35,450 nt of DNA from NCBI GenBank assembly GCA_000004985.1, contig GG739040.1. One strand, 5' to 3'. The stretch is from Naegleria gruberi. Taxonomy: Eukaryota. Within the stretch, counting starts at the first letter, position 1. Every line of letters begins with the position of its first letter. The notes below the pieces were generated by a model. It was not told the DNA's origin. It saw nothing but the letters and a program-made list of their open reading frames with translations, and ran no database searches. The position numbers were made by a program, and so were the translations under genes. Shown piece by piece: positions 1-10,500 of the stretch.

Positions 1-650
1 CCTTCCTCTTGATGGATACTATGAGGGATAACAAATTGAGAAAGCTATTCAGGGACCATTGTAAACAAGAAATGAGTTTGGATAATTACTTACTATTGGA
101 CAAAATTACAGATTACAAAATCCTGTGTGAAAAGTCCTTTGAAATTCAAGTATTCCTCTATGATGACATGAGCCCAAATTCTCATTCTGATTCTCTCTCT
201 GATTCAGGTAGTTCTGCAACTGCCAACTCCTCCAACCTGGACCATCAACACAAAAAGAAGAAGAAGAAGGGCTACACTGAGAAGGATCTCCATGAAATTG
301 AAAAGAAAAAGTACGAAATTGCCTTTGAAATTTACACTGATTTCCTCGATATCAATGGAGACAAATCAGTGAATATCAATAAGAGTGCTGCAGATAGAGT
401 TAAGGAACAATTGGATTACTTTGCAAGTGGTGAGAATGAACATTTGACTGATACTCTGTTTGATAATGTGGAAAGTGAAATATGTGTCTTGATGTTGGAT
501 ACTCATCATCGATTCAAGCAAACTGTGGAATTTCAGAAACAAACTCAAAAGCAACATGTTAAGAAGAATAAGGTCAAGTTTGAAAGTAATAAGGTGAAGA
601 ATTCGAGAAGTGATTTGAATCTGGATTCACTTAAAATTCCGACCAAATAA
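1..650 (+). CDS. RGS (regulator of G-protein signalling) domain protein, 5'-partial; stop TAA 648-650
   Basis: Frame 3 is open from the window edge with no upstream stop; the ORF track starts it at TTG 9 and the first ATG is at 12. The translation matches RGS-box landmarks recalled from RGS4-type domains: LFRDHCKQEMSLDNYLLLDKITDYK vs [32 protein letters not shown]...SVNIN vs KIYNEFI...EVNLD; FDNVESEICVLMLDTHHRFKQT vs [23 protein letters not shown]. A low-complexity insert (SDSLSDSGSS...HKKKKKKG, (AAG)5 at 251-265) sits between helices. The RGS box begins at the window edge, so the gene probably continues upstream. Confidence 0.75.
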   Translation, partial: FLLMDTMRDNKLRKLFRDHCKQEMSLDNYLLLDKITDYKILCEKSFEIQVFLYDDMSPNSHSDSLSDSGSSATANSSNLDHQHKKKKKKGYTEKDLHEIEKKKYEIAFEIYTDFLDINGDKSVNINKSAADRVKEQLDYFASGENEHLTDTLFDNVESEICVLMLDTHHRFKQTVEFQKQTQKQHVKKNKVKFESNKVKNSRSDLNLDSLKIPTK

Positions 651-709
651 TGTATATAATAATAATTTGTAAATAATAATTCTTGGATTGGTGTATTTTC
701 AATGTAAAG

Positions 710-870
710 ATTAAAAGCAATTAATAATTAATAAATTGTAATAATTATGTAAAAAATCGGTAAGGTATTATAAATTCATCCGACTCTCGGAATTGCTTAT
801 TAACATCAAATACTACAATAAAATCCATCATCACAACATTTCCTTCATAAAATTAGTACAAATCAATAAA
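710..870 (+). promoter_or_regulatory. candidate polyadenylation signals for the RGS gene (ATTAAA 710-715; AATAAA 817-822 and 865-870)
   Basis: Exact hexamers lie in the AT-rich stretch 60-220 nt downstream of the TAA stop. No experimental support. Confidence 0.3.
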
Positions 871-897
871 AGCATGCTATTAAACCGTTGATGAAAC

Positions 898-907
898 TTG
901 GCGCCAA
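898..907. promoter_or_regulatory. perfect 10-bp palindrome TTGGCGCCAA (E2F-like site), copy 1
   Basis: A GC-rich palindrome (contains GGCGCC) embedded in AT-rich intergenic DNA; context cTTGGCGCCAAtttttt. It matches the canonical palindromic E2F site TTTSGCGCSAAA. An identical 10-mer recurs at 7261-7270. Confidence 0.4.
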
Positions 908-1036
908 TTTTTTGAATTTAAAATTTAAATAAAAAAAATATCATCAATTCGTGATGGAGAAAAATTGCTTAATCATCAGGAGAATTAACAACAACATGAA
1001 TAGTAATATAATAATAGTAATATAAATTGTTTGATC

Positions 1037-1068
1037 AACAAGGTTTCAACCTTGTGGAGCCTTTTTTA
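1037..1068. repeat. inverted repeat (ACAAGGTT / AACCTTGT, 8-bp arms, 2-4 nt loop) followed by GGAGCC and T6
   Basis: Read directly from the sequence: aacaaggtt tc aaccttgt ggagcc tttttta. It is intergenic. Confidence 0.4.
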
Positions 1069-1144
1069 TAAGAATTCTAATAGATTGCCATTAAACCAAT
1101 AATCATCATCAAGAAGAACAATAATTGGCTCTCCATACAGAAGG

Positions 1145-1169
1145 CTACTTCTCTTCTTGCTGATGATAC
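1145..1169 (-). CDS. possible 3' end of a minus-strand gene whose body is in the masked block (..YHQQEEK, stop TAG 1145-1147 by reverse complement)
   Basis: Only 8 codons are readable before the N run. The alternative reading is a plus-strand start (TTG/ATG at 1157-1165) running into the mask. Strand is unresolved. Confidence 0.2.
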
Positions 1170-4100
1170 NNNNNNNNNNNNNNNNNNNNNNNNNNNNNNN
1201 NNNNNNNNNNNNNNNNNNNNNNNNNNNNNNNNNNNNNNNNNNNNNNNNNNNNNNNNNNNNNNNNNNNNNNNNNNNNNNNNNNNNNNNNNNNNNNNNNNNN
1301 NNNNNNNNNNNNNNNNNNNNNNNNNNNNNNNNNNNNNNNNNNNNNNNNNNNNNNNNNNNNNNNNNNNNNNNNNNNNNNNNNNNNNNNNNNNNNNNNNNNN
1401 NNNNNNNNNNNNNNNNNNNNNNNNNNNNNNNNNNNNNNNNNNNNNNNNNNNNNNNNNNNNNNNNNNNNNNNNNNNNNNNNNNNNNNNNNNNNNNNNNNNN
1501 NNNNNNNNNNNNNNNNNNNNNNNNNNNNNNNNNNNNNNNNNNNNNNNNNNNNNNNNNNNNNNNNNNNNNNNNNNNNNNNNNNNNNNNNNNNNNNNNNNNN
1601 NNNNNNNNNNNNNNNNNNNNNNNNNNNNNNNNNNNNNNNNNNNNNNNNNNNNNNNNNNNNNNNNNNNNNNNNNNNNNNNNNNNNNNNNNNNNNNNNNNNN
1701 NNNNNNNNNNNNNNNNNNNNNNNNNNNNNNNNNNNNNNNNNNNNNNNNNNNNNNNNNNNNNNNNNNNNNNNNNNNNNNNNNNNNNNNNNNNNNNNNNNNN
1801 NNNNNNNNNNNNNNNNNNNNNNNNNNNNNNNNNNNNNNNNNNNNNNNNNNNNNNNNNNNNNNNNNNNNNNNNNNNNNNNNNNNNNNNNNNNNNNNNNNNN
1901 NNNNNNNNNNNNNNNNNNNNNNNNNNNNNNNNNNNNNNNNNNNNNNNNNNNNNNNNNNNNNNNNNNNNNNNNNNNNNNNNNNNNNNNNNNNNNNNNNNNN
2001 NNNNNNNNNNNNNNNNNNNNNNNNNNNNNNNNNNNNNNNNNNNNNNNNNNNNNNNNNNNNNNNNNNNNNNNNNNNNNNNNNNNNNNNNNNNNNNNNNNNN
2101 NNNNNNNNNNNNNNNNNNNNNNNNNNNNNNNNNNNNNNNNNNNNNNNNNNNNNNNNNNNNNNNNNNNNNNNNNNNNNNNNNNNNNNNNNNNNNNNNNNNN
2201 NNNNNNNNNNNNNNNNNNNNNNNNNNNNNNNNNNNNNNNNNNNNNNNNNNNNNNNNNNNNNNNNNNNNNNNNNNNNNNNNNNNNNNNNNNNNNNNNNNNN
2301 NNNNNNNNNNNNNNNNNNNNNNNNNNNNNNNNNNNNNNNNNNNNNNNNNNNNNNNNNNNNNNNNNNNNNNNNNNNNNNNNNNNNNNNNNNNNNNNNNNNN
2401 NNNNNNNNNNNNNNNNNNNNNNNNNNNNNNNNNNNNNNNNNNNNNNNNNNNNNNNNNNNNNNNNNNNNNNNNNNNNNNNNNNNNNNNNNNNNNNNNNNNN
2501 NNNNNNNNNNNNNNNNNNNNNNNNNNNNNNNNNNNNNNNNNNNNNNNNNNNNNNNNNNNNNNNNNNNNNNNNNNNNNNNNNNNNNNNNNNNNNNNNNNNN
2601 NNNNNNNNNNNNNNNNNNNNNNNNNNNNNNNNNNNNNNNNNNNNNNNNNNNNNNNNNNNNNNNNNNNNNNNNNNNNNNNNNNNNNNNNNNNNNNNNNNNN
2701 NNNNNNNNNNNNNNNNNNNNNNNNNNNNNNNNNNNNNNNNNNNNNNNNNNNNNNNNNNNNNNNNNNNNNNNNNNNNNNNNNNNNNNNNNNNNNNNNNNNN
2801 NNNNNNNNNNNNNNNNNNNNNNNNNNNNNNNNNNNNNNNNNNNNNNNNNNNNNNNNNNNNNNNNNNNNNNNNNNNNNNNNNNNNNNNNNNNNNNNNNNNN
2901 NNNNNNNNNNNNNNNNNNNNNNNNNNNNNNNNNNNNNNNNNNNNNNNNNNNNNNNNNNNNNNNNNNNNNNNNNNNNNNNNNNNNNNNNNNNNNNNNNNNN
3001 NNNNNNNNNNNNNNNNNNNNNNNNNNNNNNNNNNNNNNNNNNNNNNNNNNNNNNNNNNNNNNNNNNNNNNNNNNNNNNNNNNNNNNNNNNNNNNNNNNNN
3101 NNNNNNNNNNNNNNNNNNNNNNNNNNNNNNNNNNNNNNNNNNNNNNNNNNNNNNNNNNNNNNNNNNNNNNNNNNNNNNNNNNNNNNNNNNNNNNNNNNNN
3201 NNNNNNNNNNNNNNNNNNNNNNNNNNNNNNNNNNNNNNNNNNNNNNNNNNNNNNNNNNNNNNNNNNNNNNNNNNNNNNNNNNNNNNNNNNNNNNNNNNNN
3301 NNNNNNNNNNNNNNNNNNNNNNNNNNNNNNNNNNNNNNNNNNNNNNNNNNNNNNNNNNNNNNNNNNNNNNNNNNNNNNNNNNNNNNNNNNNNNNNNNNNN
3401 NNNNNNNNNNNNNNNNNNNNNNNNNNNNNNNNNNNNNNNNNNNNNNNNNNNNNNNNNNNNNNNNNNNNNNNNNNNNNNNNNNNNNNNNNNNNNNNNNNNN
3501 NNNNNNNNNNNNNNNNNNNNNNNNNNNNNNNNNNNNNNNNNNNNNNNNNNNNNNNNNNNNNNNNNNNNNNNNNNNNNNNNNNNNNNNNNNNNNNNNNNNN
3601 NNNNNNNNNNNNNNNNNNNNNNNNNNNNNNNNNNNNNNNNNNNNNNNNNNNNNNNNNNNNNNNNNNNNNNNNNNNNNNNNNNNNNNNNNNNNNNNNNNNN
3701 NNNNNNNNNNNNNNNNNNNNNNNNNNNNNNNNNNNNNNNNNNNNNNNNNNNNNNNNNNNNNNNNNNNNNNNNNNNNNNNNNNNNNNNNNNNNNNNNNNNN
3801 NNNNNNNNNNNNNNNNNNNNNNNNNNNNNNNNNNNNNNNNNNNNNNNNNNNNNNNNNNNNNNNNNNNNNNNNNNNNNNNNNNNNNNNNNNNNNNNNNNNN
3901 NNNNNNNNNNNNNNNNNNNNNNNNNNNNNNNNNNNNNNNNNNNNNNNNNNNNNNNNNNNNNNNNNNNNNNNNNNNNNNNNNNNNNNNNNNNNNNNNNNNN
4001 NNNNNNNNNNNNNNNNNNNNNNNNNNNNNNNNNNNNNNNNNNNNNNNNNNNNNNNNNNNNNNNNNNNNNNNNNNNNNNNNNNNNNNNNNNNNNNNNNNNN

Positions 4101-6338
4101 NNNNNNNNNNNNNNNNNNNNNNNNNNNNNNNNNNNNNNNNNNNNNNNNNNNNNNNNNNNNNNNNNNNNNNNNNNNNNNNNNNNNNNNNNNNNNNNNNNNN
4201 NNNNNNNNNNNNNNNNNNNNNNNNNNNNNNNNNNNNNNNNNNNNNNNNNNNNNNNNNNNNNNNNNNNNNNNNNNNNNNNNNNNNNNNNNNNNNNNNNNNN
4301 NNNNNNNNNNNNNNNNNNNNNNNNNNNNNNNNNNNNNNNNNNNNNNNNNNNNNNNNNNNNNNNNNNNNNNNNNNNNNNNNNNNNNNNNNNNNNNNNNNNN
4401 NNNNNNNNNNNNNNNNNNNNNNNNNNNNNNNNNNNNNNNNNNNNNNNNNNNNNNNNNNNNNNNNNNNNNNNNNNNNNNNNNNNNNNNNNNNNNNNNNNNN
4501 NNNNNNNNNNNNNNNNNNNNNNNNNNNNNNNNNNNNNNNNNNNNNNNNNNNNNNNNNNNNNNNNNNNNNNNNNNNNNNNNNNNNNNNNNNNNNNNNNNNN
4601 NNNNNNNNNNNNNNNNNNNNNNNNNNNNNNNNNNNNNNNNNNNNNNNNNNNNNNNNNNNNNNNNNNNNNNNNNNNNNNNNNNNNNNNNNNNNNNNNNNNN
4701 NNNNNNNNNNNNNNNNNNNNNNNNNNNNNNNNNNNNNNNNNNNNNNNNNNNNNNNNNNNNNNNNNNNNNNNNNNNNNNNNNNNNNNNNNNNNNNNNNNNN
4801 NNNNNNNNNNNNNNNNNNNNNNNNNNNNNNNNNNNNNNNNNNNNNNNNNNNNNNNNNNNNNNNNNNNNNNNNNNNNNNNNNNNNNNNNNNNNNNNNNNNN
4901 NNNNNNNNNNNNNNNNNNNNNNNNNNNNNNNNNNNNNNNNNNNNNNNNNNNNNNNNNNNNNNNNNNNNNNNNNNNNNNNNNNNNNNNNNNNNNNNNNNNN
5001 NNNNNNNNNNNNNNNNNNNNNNNNNNNNNNNNNNNNNNNNNNNNNNNNNNNNNNNNNNNNNNNNNNNNNNNNNNNNNNNNNNNNNNNNNNNNNNNNNNNN
5101 NNNNNNNNNNNNNNNNNNNNNNNNNNNNNNNNNNNNNNNNNNNNNNNNNNNNNNNNNNNNNNNNNNNNNNNNNNNNNNNNNNNNNNNNNNNNNNNNNNNN
5201 NNNNNNNNNNNNNNNNNNNNNNNNNNNNNNNNNNNNNNNNNNNNNNNNNNNNNNNNNNNNNNNNNNNNNNNNNNNNNNNNNNNNNNNNNNNNNNNNNNNN
5301 NNNNNNNNNNNNNNNNNNNNNNNNNNNNNNNNNNNNNNNNNNNNNNNNNNNNNNNNNNNNNNNNNNNNNNNNNNNNNNNNNNNNNNNNNNNNNNNNNNNN
5401 NNNNNNNNNNNNNNNNNNNNNNNNNNNNNNNNNNNNNNNNNNNNNNNNNNNNNNNNNNNNNNNNNNNNNNNNNNNNNNNNNNNNNNNNNNNNNNNNNNNN
5501 NNNNNNNNNNNNNNNNNNNNNNNNNNNNNNNNNNNNNNNNNNNNNNNNNNNNNNNNNNNNNNNNNNNNNNNNNNNNNNNNNNNNNNNNNNNNNNNNNNNN
5601 NNNNNNNNNNNNNNNNNNNNNNNNNNNNNNNNNNNNNNNNNNNNNNNNNNNNNNNNNNNNNNNNNNNNNNNNNNNNNNNNNNNNNNNNNNNNNNNNNNNN
5701 NNNNNNNNNNNNNNNNNNNNNNNNNNNNNNNNNNNNNNNNNNNNNNNNNNNNNNNNNNNNNNNNNNNNNNNNNNNNNNNNNNNNNNNNNNNNNNNNNNNN
5801 NNNNNNNNNNNNNNNNNNNNNNNNNNNNNNNNNNNNNNNNNNNNNNNNNNNNNNNNNNNNNNNNNNNNNNNNNNNNNNNNNNNNNNNNNNNNNNNNNNNN
5901 NNNNNNNNNNNNNNNNNNNNNNNNNNNNNNNNNNNNNNNNNNNNNNNNNNNNNNNNNNNNNNNNNNNNNNNNNNNNNNNNNNNNNNNNNNNNNNNNNNNN
6001 NNNNNNNNNNNNNNNNNNNNNNNNNNNNNNNNNNNNNNNNNNNNNNNNNNNNNNNNNNNNNNNNNNNNNNNNNNNNNNNNNNNNNNNNNNNNNNNNNNNN
6101 NNNNNNNNNNNNNNNNNNNNNNNNNNNNNNNNNNNNNNNNNNNNNNNNNNNNNNNNNNNNNNNNNNNNNNNNNNNNNNNNNNNNNNNNNNNNNNNNNNNN
6201 NNNNNNNNNNNNNNNNNNNNNNNNNNNNNNNNNNNNNNNNNNNNNNNNNNNNNNNNNNNNNNNNNNNNNNNNNNNNNNNNNNNNNNNNNNNNNNNNNNNN
6301 NNNNNNNNNNNNNNNNNNNNNNNNNNNNNNNNNNNNNN
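1170..6338. other. hard-masked block / assembly gap (5169 N)
   Basis: An uninterrupted run of n. Confidence 0.99.
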
Positions 6339-6340
6339 GA

Positions 6341-6397
6341 AAAGTTAATTACCATGTGTTAGTGCTTCCTCTCCATGATGAATATGCATTCGAATAG
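6341..6397 (+). CDS. possible 3' end of a plus-strand gene emerging from the masked block (..KVNYHVLVLPLHDEYAFE, stop TAG 6395-6397)
   Basis: 18 open codons then a stop, followed by 1.1 kb with no long ORF. The alternative is a minus-strand start ATG at 6353-6355 (MVINF..). Strand is unresolved. Confidence 0.3.
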   Translation, partial: KVNYHVLVLPLHDEYAFE

Positions 6398-6443
6398 ATT
6401 TTACAAACTAATTATTATACATTCATACAATCGTCTACAGTTT

Positions 6444-6754
6444 GTCATCTTACAGAATTCATCATTTTCCAATTGTTTGAATTCTTTTATCATTTAGAAA
6501 TGAGCGGGAACTTTACTCAATCTTGATATTCGAAACTCTTTCTTTGAGAAACAAGCAGATTGGAATTTTAAACAATAGTTGGAGGAGTAAAATACTTTAA
6601 AATGATGTCAATCTTCAATAATTAAGCGGTGACAATGACGACAATAGCCTCAAATATTGGAGCGAATCAACAAACGAAACTAAACTCCAAACTAAATTGT
6701 CATCTACAGTAAGAATCATCCACAAATGAAAACAATCTACAGTAAAGAATCATC
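6444..6754 (+). repeat. three copies of a ~22-nt direct repeat motif TGTCATCT(T)ACAG(T)AA(A)GAATCATC (6444-6465, 6699-6720, 6733-6754) plus a partial copy CGTCTACAGT at 6432-6441
   Basis: Read by eye. Copies 2 and 3 are 34 nt apart and near-identical; copy 1 is a variant (cttacagaattcatca). All are intergenic. Confidence 0.5.
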
Positions 6755-7260
6755 TATTCACATACCTTTAATTTTGTTCACAAATTAACCATTTTAGGAA
6801 ACTTTAAAGTTGGTAATTTCAATAATAATCAACAACAAGAACTTAAGAACAGAGAATCTCTTCTCTTTGGAACACGCTATACATCTTACTAATGTTTTAT
6901 CAAATTTAATTTGAAATCTGACAGTTTTACTTGCGCTTTAGCACTATACCTGCCAAAATATGGGACTTGAATCAAGAACTTCATTATGAGTAATGTACAA
7001 TGACAAAAAACCGTTCACTTACTTTGAGTGATTTCCTACTCGTTATGAGGCATTTGTTGAACATTATTGTTAGTGAAGTTAATGTCAGCAATCAACTAAG
7101 TACCGCCGATGATTTTCATGTTGTTTGCAAGTTAATATTTGAAAGGAAATTGTAAAGCAGCATTTGGTATTGCTTACTGGTTGATCAATTAATATAATAG
7201 TCTATGATTTCATCAAGTTTGGATTCCATTACAATGATGACTCGAGAGATTTATGTAATT

Positions 7261-7270
7261 TTGGCGCCAA
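7261..7270. promoter_or_regulatory. perfect 10-bp palindrome TTGGCGCCAA (E2F-like site), copy 2
   Basis: Context aatTTTGGCGCCAAgtttgg contains a full TTTGGCGC half-site. It is identical to 898-907. Confidence 0.4.
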
Positions 7271-7460
7271 GTTTGGTTTGTAAACAATCTTAAAGTAGAT
7301 GTTGCTCTCAGCAGTGATGGTCCTCTCGTAAAGATGACGACAATACAAACGATCAAATCTTTGGGCATTCATCATTTGATTCGAATACATTACAGAGAAG
7401 AGAAACCTCACTAAATATTTGAGAGAATAAACAAAGAATAAACAATTCAAGTTTTTTCAA

Positions 7461-7466
7461 TTTATT
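7461..7466 (-). promoter_or_regulatory. AATAAA polyadenylation hexamer (minus strand) 20-25 nt downstream of the TAA at 7486-7488
   Basis: Plus strand reads tttatt. The same spacing is seen after the minus-strand stop at 34985. Confidence 0.35.
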
Positions 7467-7485
7467 AGAATACATAAAGTATTTC

Positions 7486-7506
7486 TTAGAGTTGTTGAGC
7501 CATAGA
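7486..7506 (-). CDS. 3' end of a minus-strand gene lying in the masked block (..SMAQQL, stop TAA 7486-7488 by reverse complement)
   Basis: Only 6 codons are readable. Support comes from the AATAAA 20 nt downstream in the same orientation. Confidence 0.4.
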   Translation of the reverse strand, partial: SMAQQL

Positions 7507-10500
7507 NNNNNNNNNNNNNNNNNNNNNNNNNNNNNNNNNNNNNNNNNNNNNNNNNNNNNNNNNNNNNNNNNNNNNNNNNNNNNNNNNNNNNNNNNNNNNN
7601 NNNNNNNNNNNNNNNNNNNNNNNNNNNNNNNNNNNNNNNNNNNNNNNNNNNNNNNNNNNNNNNNNNNNNNNNNNNNNNNNNNNNNNNNNNNNNNNNNNNN
7701 NNNNNNNNNNNNNNNNNNNNNNNNNNNNNNNNNNNNNNNNNNNNNNNNNNNNNNNNNNNNNNNNNNNNNNNNNNNNNNNNNNNNNNNNNNNNNNNNNNNN
7801 NNNNNNNNNNNNNNNNNNNNNNNNNNNNNNNNNNNNNNNNNNNNNNNNNNNNNNNNNNNNNNNNNNNNNNNNNNNNNNNNNNNNNNNNNNNNNNNNNNNN
7901 NNNNNNNNNNNNNNNNNNNNNNNNNNNNNNNNNNNNNNNNNNNNNNNNNNNNNNNNNNNNNNNNNNNNNNNNNNNNNNNNNNNNNNNNNNNNNNNNNNNN
8001 NNNNNNNNNNNNNNNNNNNNNNNNNNNNNNNNNNNNNNNNNNNNNNNNNNNNNNNNNNNNNNNNNNNNNNNNNNNNNNNNNNNNNNNNNNNNNNNNNNNN
8101 NNNNNNNNNNNNNNNNNNNNNNNNNNNNNNNNNNNNNNNNNNNNNNNNNNNNNNNNNNNNNNNNNNNNNNNNNNNNNNNNNNNNNNNNNNNNNNNNNNNN
8201 NNNNNNNNNNNNNNNNNNNNNNNNNNNNNNNNNNNNNNNNNNNNNNNNNNNNNNNNNNNNNNNNNNNNNNNNNNNNNNNNNNNNNNNNNNNNNNNNNNNN
8301 NNNNNNNNNNNNNNNNNNNNNNNNNNNNNNNNNNNNNNNNNNNNNNNNNNNNNNNNNNNNNNNNNNNNNNNNNNNNNNNNNNNNNNNNNNNNNNNNNNNN
8401 NNNNNNNNNNNNNNNNNNNNNNNNNNNNNNNNNNNNNNNNNNNNNNNNNNNNNNNNNNNNNNNNNNNNNNNNNNNNNNNNNNNNNNNNNNNNNNNNNNNN
8501 NNNNNNNNNNNNNNNNNNNNNNNNNNNNNNNNNNNNNNNNNNNNNNNNNNNNNNNNNNNNNNNNNNNNNNNNNNNNNNNNNNNNNNNNNNNNNNNNNNNN
8601 NNNNNNNNNNNNNNNNNNNNNNNNNNNNNNNNNNNNNNNNNNNNNNNNNNNNNNNNNNNNNNNNNNNNNNNNNNNNNNNNNNNNNNNNNNNNNNNNNNNN
8701 NNNNNNNNNNNNNNNNNNNNNNNNNNNNNNNNNNNNNNNNNNNNNNNNNNNNNNNNNNNNNNNNNNNNNNNNNNNNNNNNNNNNNNNNNNNNNNNNNNNN
8801 NNNNNNNNNNNNNNNNNNNNNNNNNNNNNNNNNNNNNNNNNNNNNNNNNNNNNNNNNNNNNNNNNNNNNNNNNNNNNNNNNNNNNNNNNNNNNNNNNNNN
8901 NNNNNNNNNNNNNNNNNNNNNNNNNNNNNNNNNNNNNNNNNNNNNNNNNNNNNNNNNNNNNNNNNNNNNNNNNNNNNNNNNNNNNNNNNNNNNNNNNNNN
9001 NNNNNNNNNNNNNNNNNNNNNNNNNNNNNNNNNNNNNNNNNNNNNNNNNNNNNNNNNNNNNNNNNNNNNNNNNNNNNNNNNNNNNNNNNNNNNNNNNNNN
9101 NNNNNNNNNNNNNNNNNNNNNNNNNNNNNNNNNNNNNNNNNNNNNNNNNNNNNNNNNNNNNNNNNNNNNNNNNNNNNNNNNNNNNNNNNNNNNNNNNNNN
9201 NNNNNNNNNNNNNNNNNNNNNNNNNNNNNNNNNNNNNNNNNNNNNNNNNNNNNNNNNNNNNNNNNNNNNNNNNNNNNNNNNNNNNNNNNNNNNNNNNNNN
9301 NNNNNNNNNNNNNNNNNNNNNNNNNNNNNNNNNNNNNNNNNNNNNNNNNNNNNNNNNNNNNNNNNNNNNNNNNNNNNNNNNNNNNNNNNNNNNNNNNNNN
9401 NNNNNNNNNNNNNNNNNNNNNNNNNNNNNNNNNNNNNNNNNNNNNNNNNNNNNNNNNNNNNNNNNNNNNNNNNNNNNNNNNNNNNNNNNNNNNNNNNNNN
9501 NNNNNNNNNNNNNNNNNNNNNNNNNNNNNNNNNNNNNNNNNNNNNNNNNNNNNNNNNNNNNNNNNNNNNNNNNNNNNNNNNNNNNNNNNNNNNNNNNNNN
9601 NNNNNNNNNNNNNNNNNNNNNNNNNNNNNNNNNNNNNNNNNNNNNNNNNNNNNNNNNNNNNNNNNNNNNNNNNNNNNNNNNNNNNNNNNNNNNNNNNNNN
9701 NNNNNNNNNNNNNNNNNNNNNNNNNNNNNNNNNNNNNNNNNNNNNNNNNNNNNNNNNNNNNNNNNNNNNNNNNNNNNNNNNNNNNNNNNNNNNNNNNNNN
9801 NNNNNNNNNNNNNNNNNNNNNNNNNNNNNNNNNNNNNNNNNNNNNNNNNNNNNNNNNNNNNNNNNNNNNNNNNNNNNNNNNNNNNNNNNNNNNNNNNNNN
9901 NNNNNNNNNNNNNNNNNNNNNNNNNNNNNNNNNNNNNNNNNNNNNNNNNNNNNNNNNNNNNNNNNNNNNNNNNNNNNNNNNNNNNNNNNNNNNNNNNNNN
10001 NNNNNNNNNNNNNNNNNNNNNNNNNNNNNNNNNNNNNNNNNNNNNNNNNNNNNNNNNNNNNNNNNNNNNNNNNNNNNNNNNNNNNNNNNNNNNNNNNNNN
10101 NNNNNNNNNNNNNNNNNNNNNNNNNNNNNNNNNNNNNNNNNNNNNNNNNNNNNNNNNNNNNNNNNNNNNNNNNNNNNNNNNNNNNNNNNNNNNNNNNNNN
10201 NNNNNNNNNNNNNNNNNNNNNNNNNNNNNNNNNNNNNNNNNNNNNNNNNNNNNNNNNNNNNNNNNNNNNNNNNNNNNNNNNNNNNNNNNNNNNNNNNNNN
10301 NNNNNNNNNNNNNNNNNNNNNNNNNNNNNNNNNNNNNNNNNNNNNNNNNNNNNNNNNNNNNNNNNNNNNNNNNNNNNNNNNNNNNNNNNNNNNNNNNNNN
10401 NNNNNNNNNNNNNNNNNNNNNNNNNNNNNNNNNNNNNNNNNNNNNNNNNNNNNNNNNNNNNNNNNNNNNNNNNNNNNNNNNNNNNNNNNNNNNNNNNNNN

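Noticed and set aside
366-557. 63-aa minus-strand ORF
   Set aside because: It lies entirely antisense within the well-supported RGS CDS and is typical shadow ORF composition.
780-790. CCG-N5-CGG everted triplet pair (ccgactctcgg), reminiscent of Zn2Cys6 transcription-factor sites
   Set aside because: It is a single short occurrence and not statistically distinguishable from chance without genome-wide data.
648-1035. Ciliate-type genetic code (TAA/TAG = Gln), under which the RGS ORF would read on to TGA near 1030
   Set aside because: Gln is never encoded by TAA/TAG in about 630 confident codons (all CAA/CAG), whereas the putative extension would carry 13 TAA in 128 codons. Polyadenylation hexamers follow the TAA. 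The standard code is the better fit.
1145-6397. 1736-aa (minus) and 1746-aa (plus) ORFs in the supplied track
   Set aside because: They are open only because N translates to X. Just 8 and 18 real codons are visible at the edges. These are retained as possible gene termini, not as ORFs.
7229-7450. 73-aa minus-strand ORF
   Set aside because: It sits downstream (in the minus orientation) of the TAA at 7486 and its AATAAA. It has no repeat, domain or periodicity support, so it is likely a chance ORF in a 3' flank.
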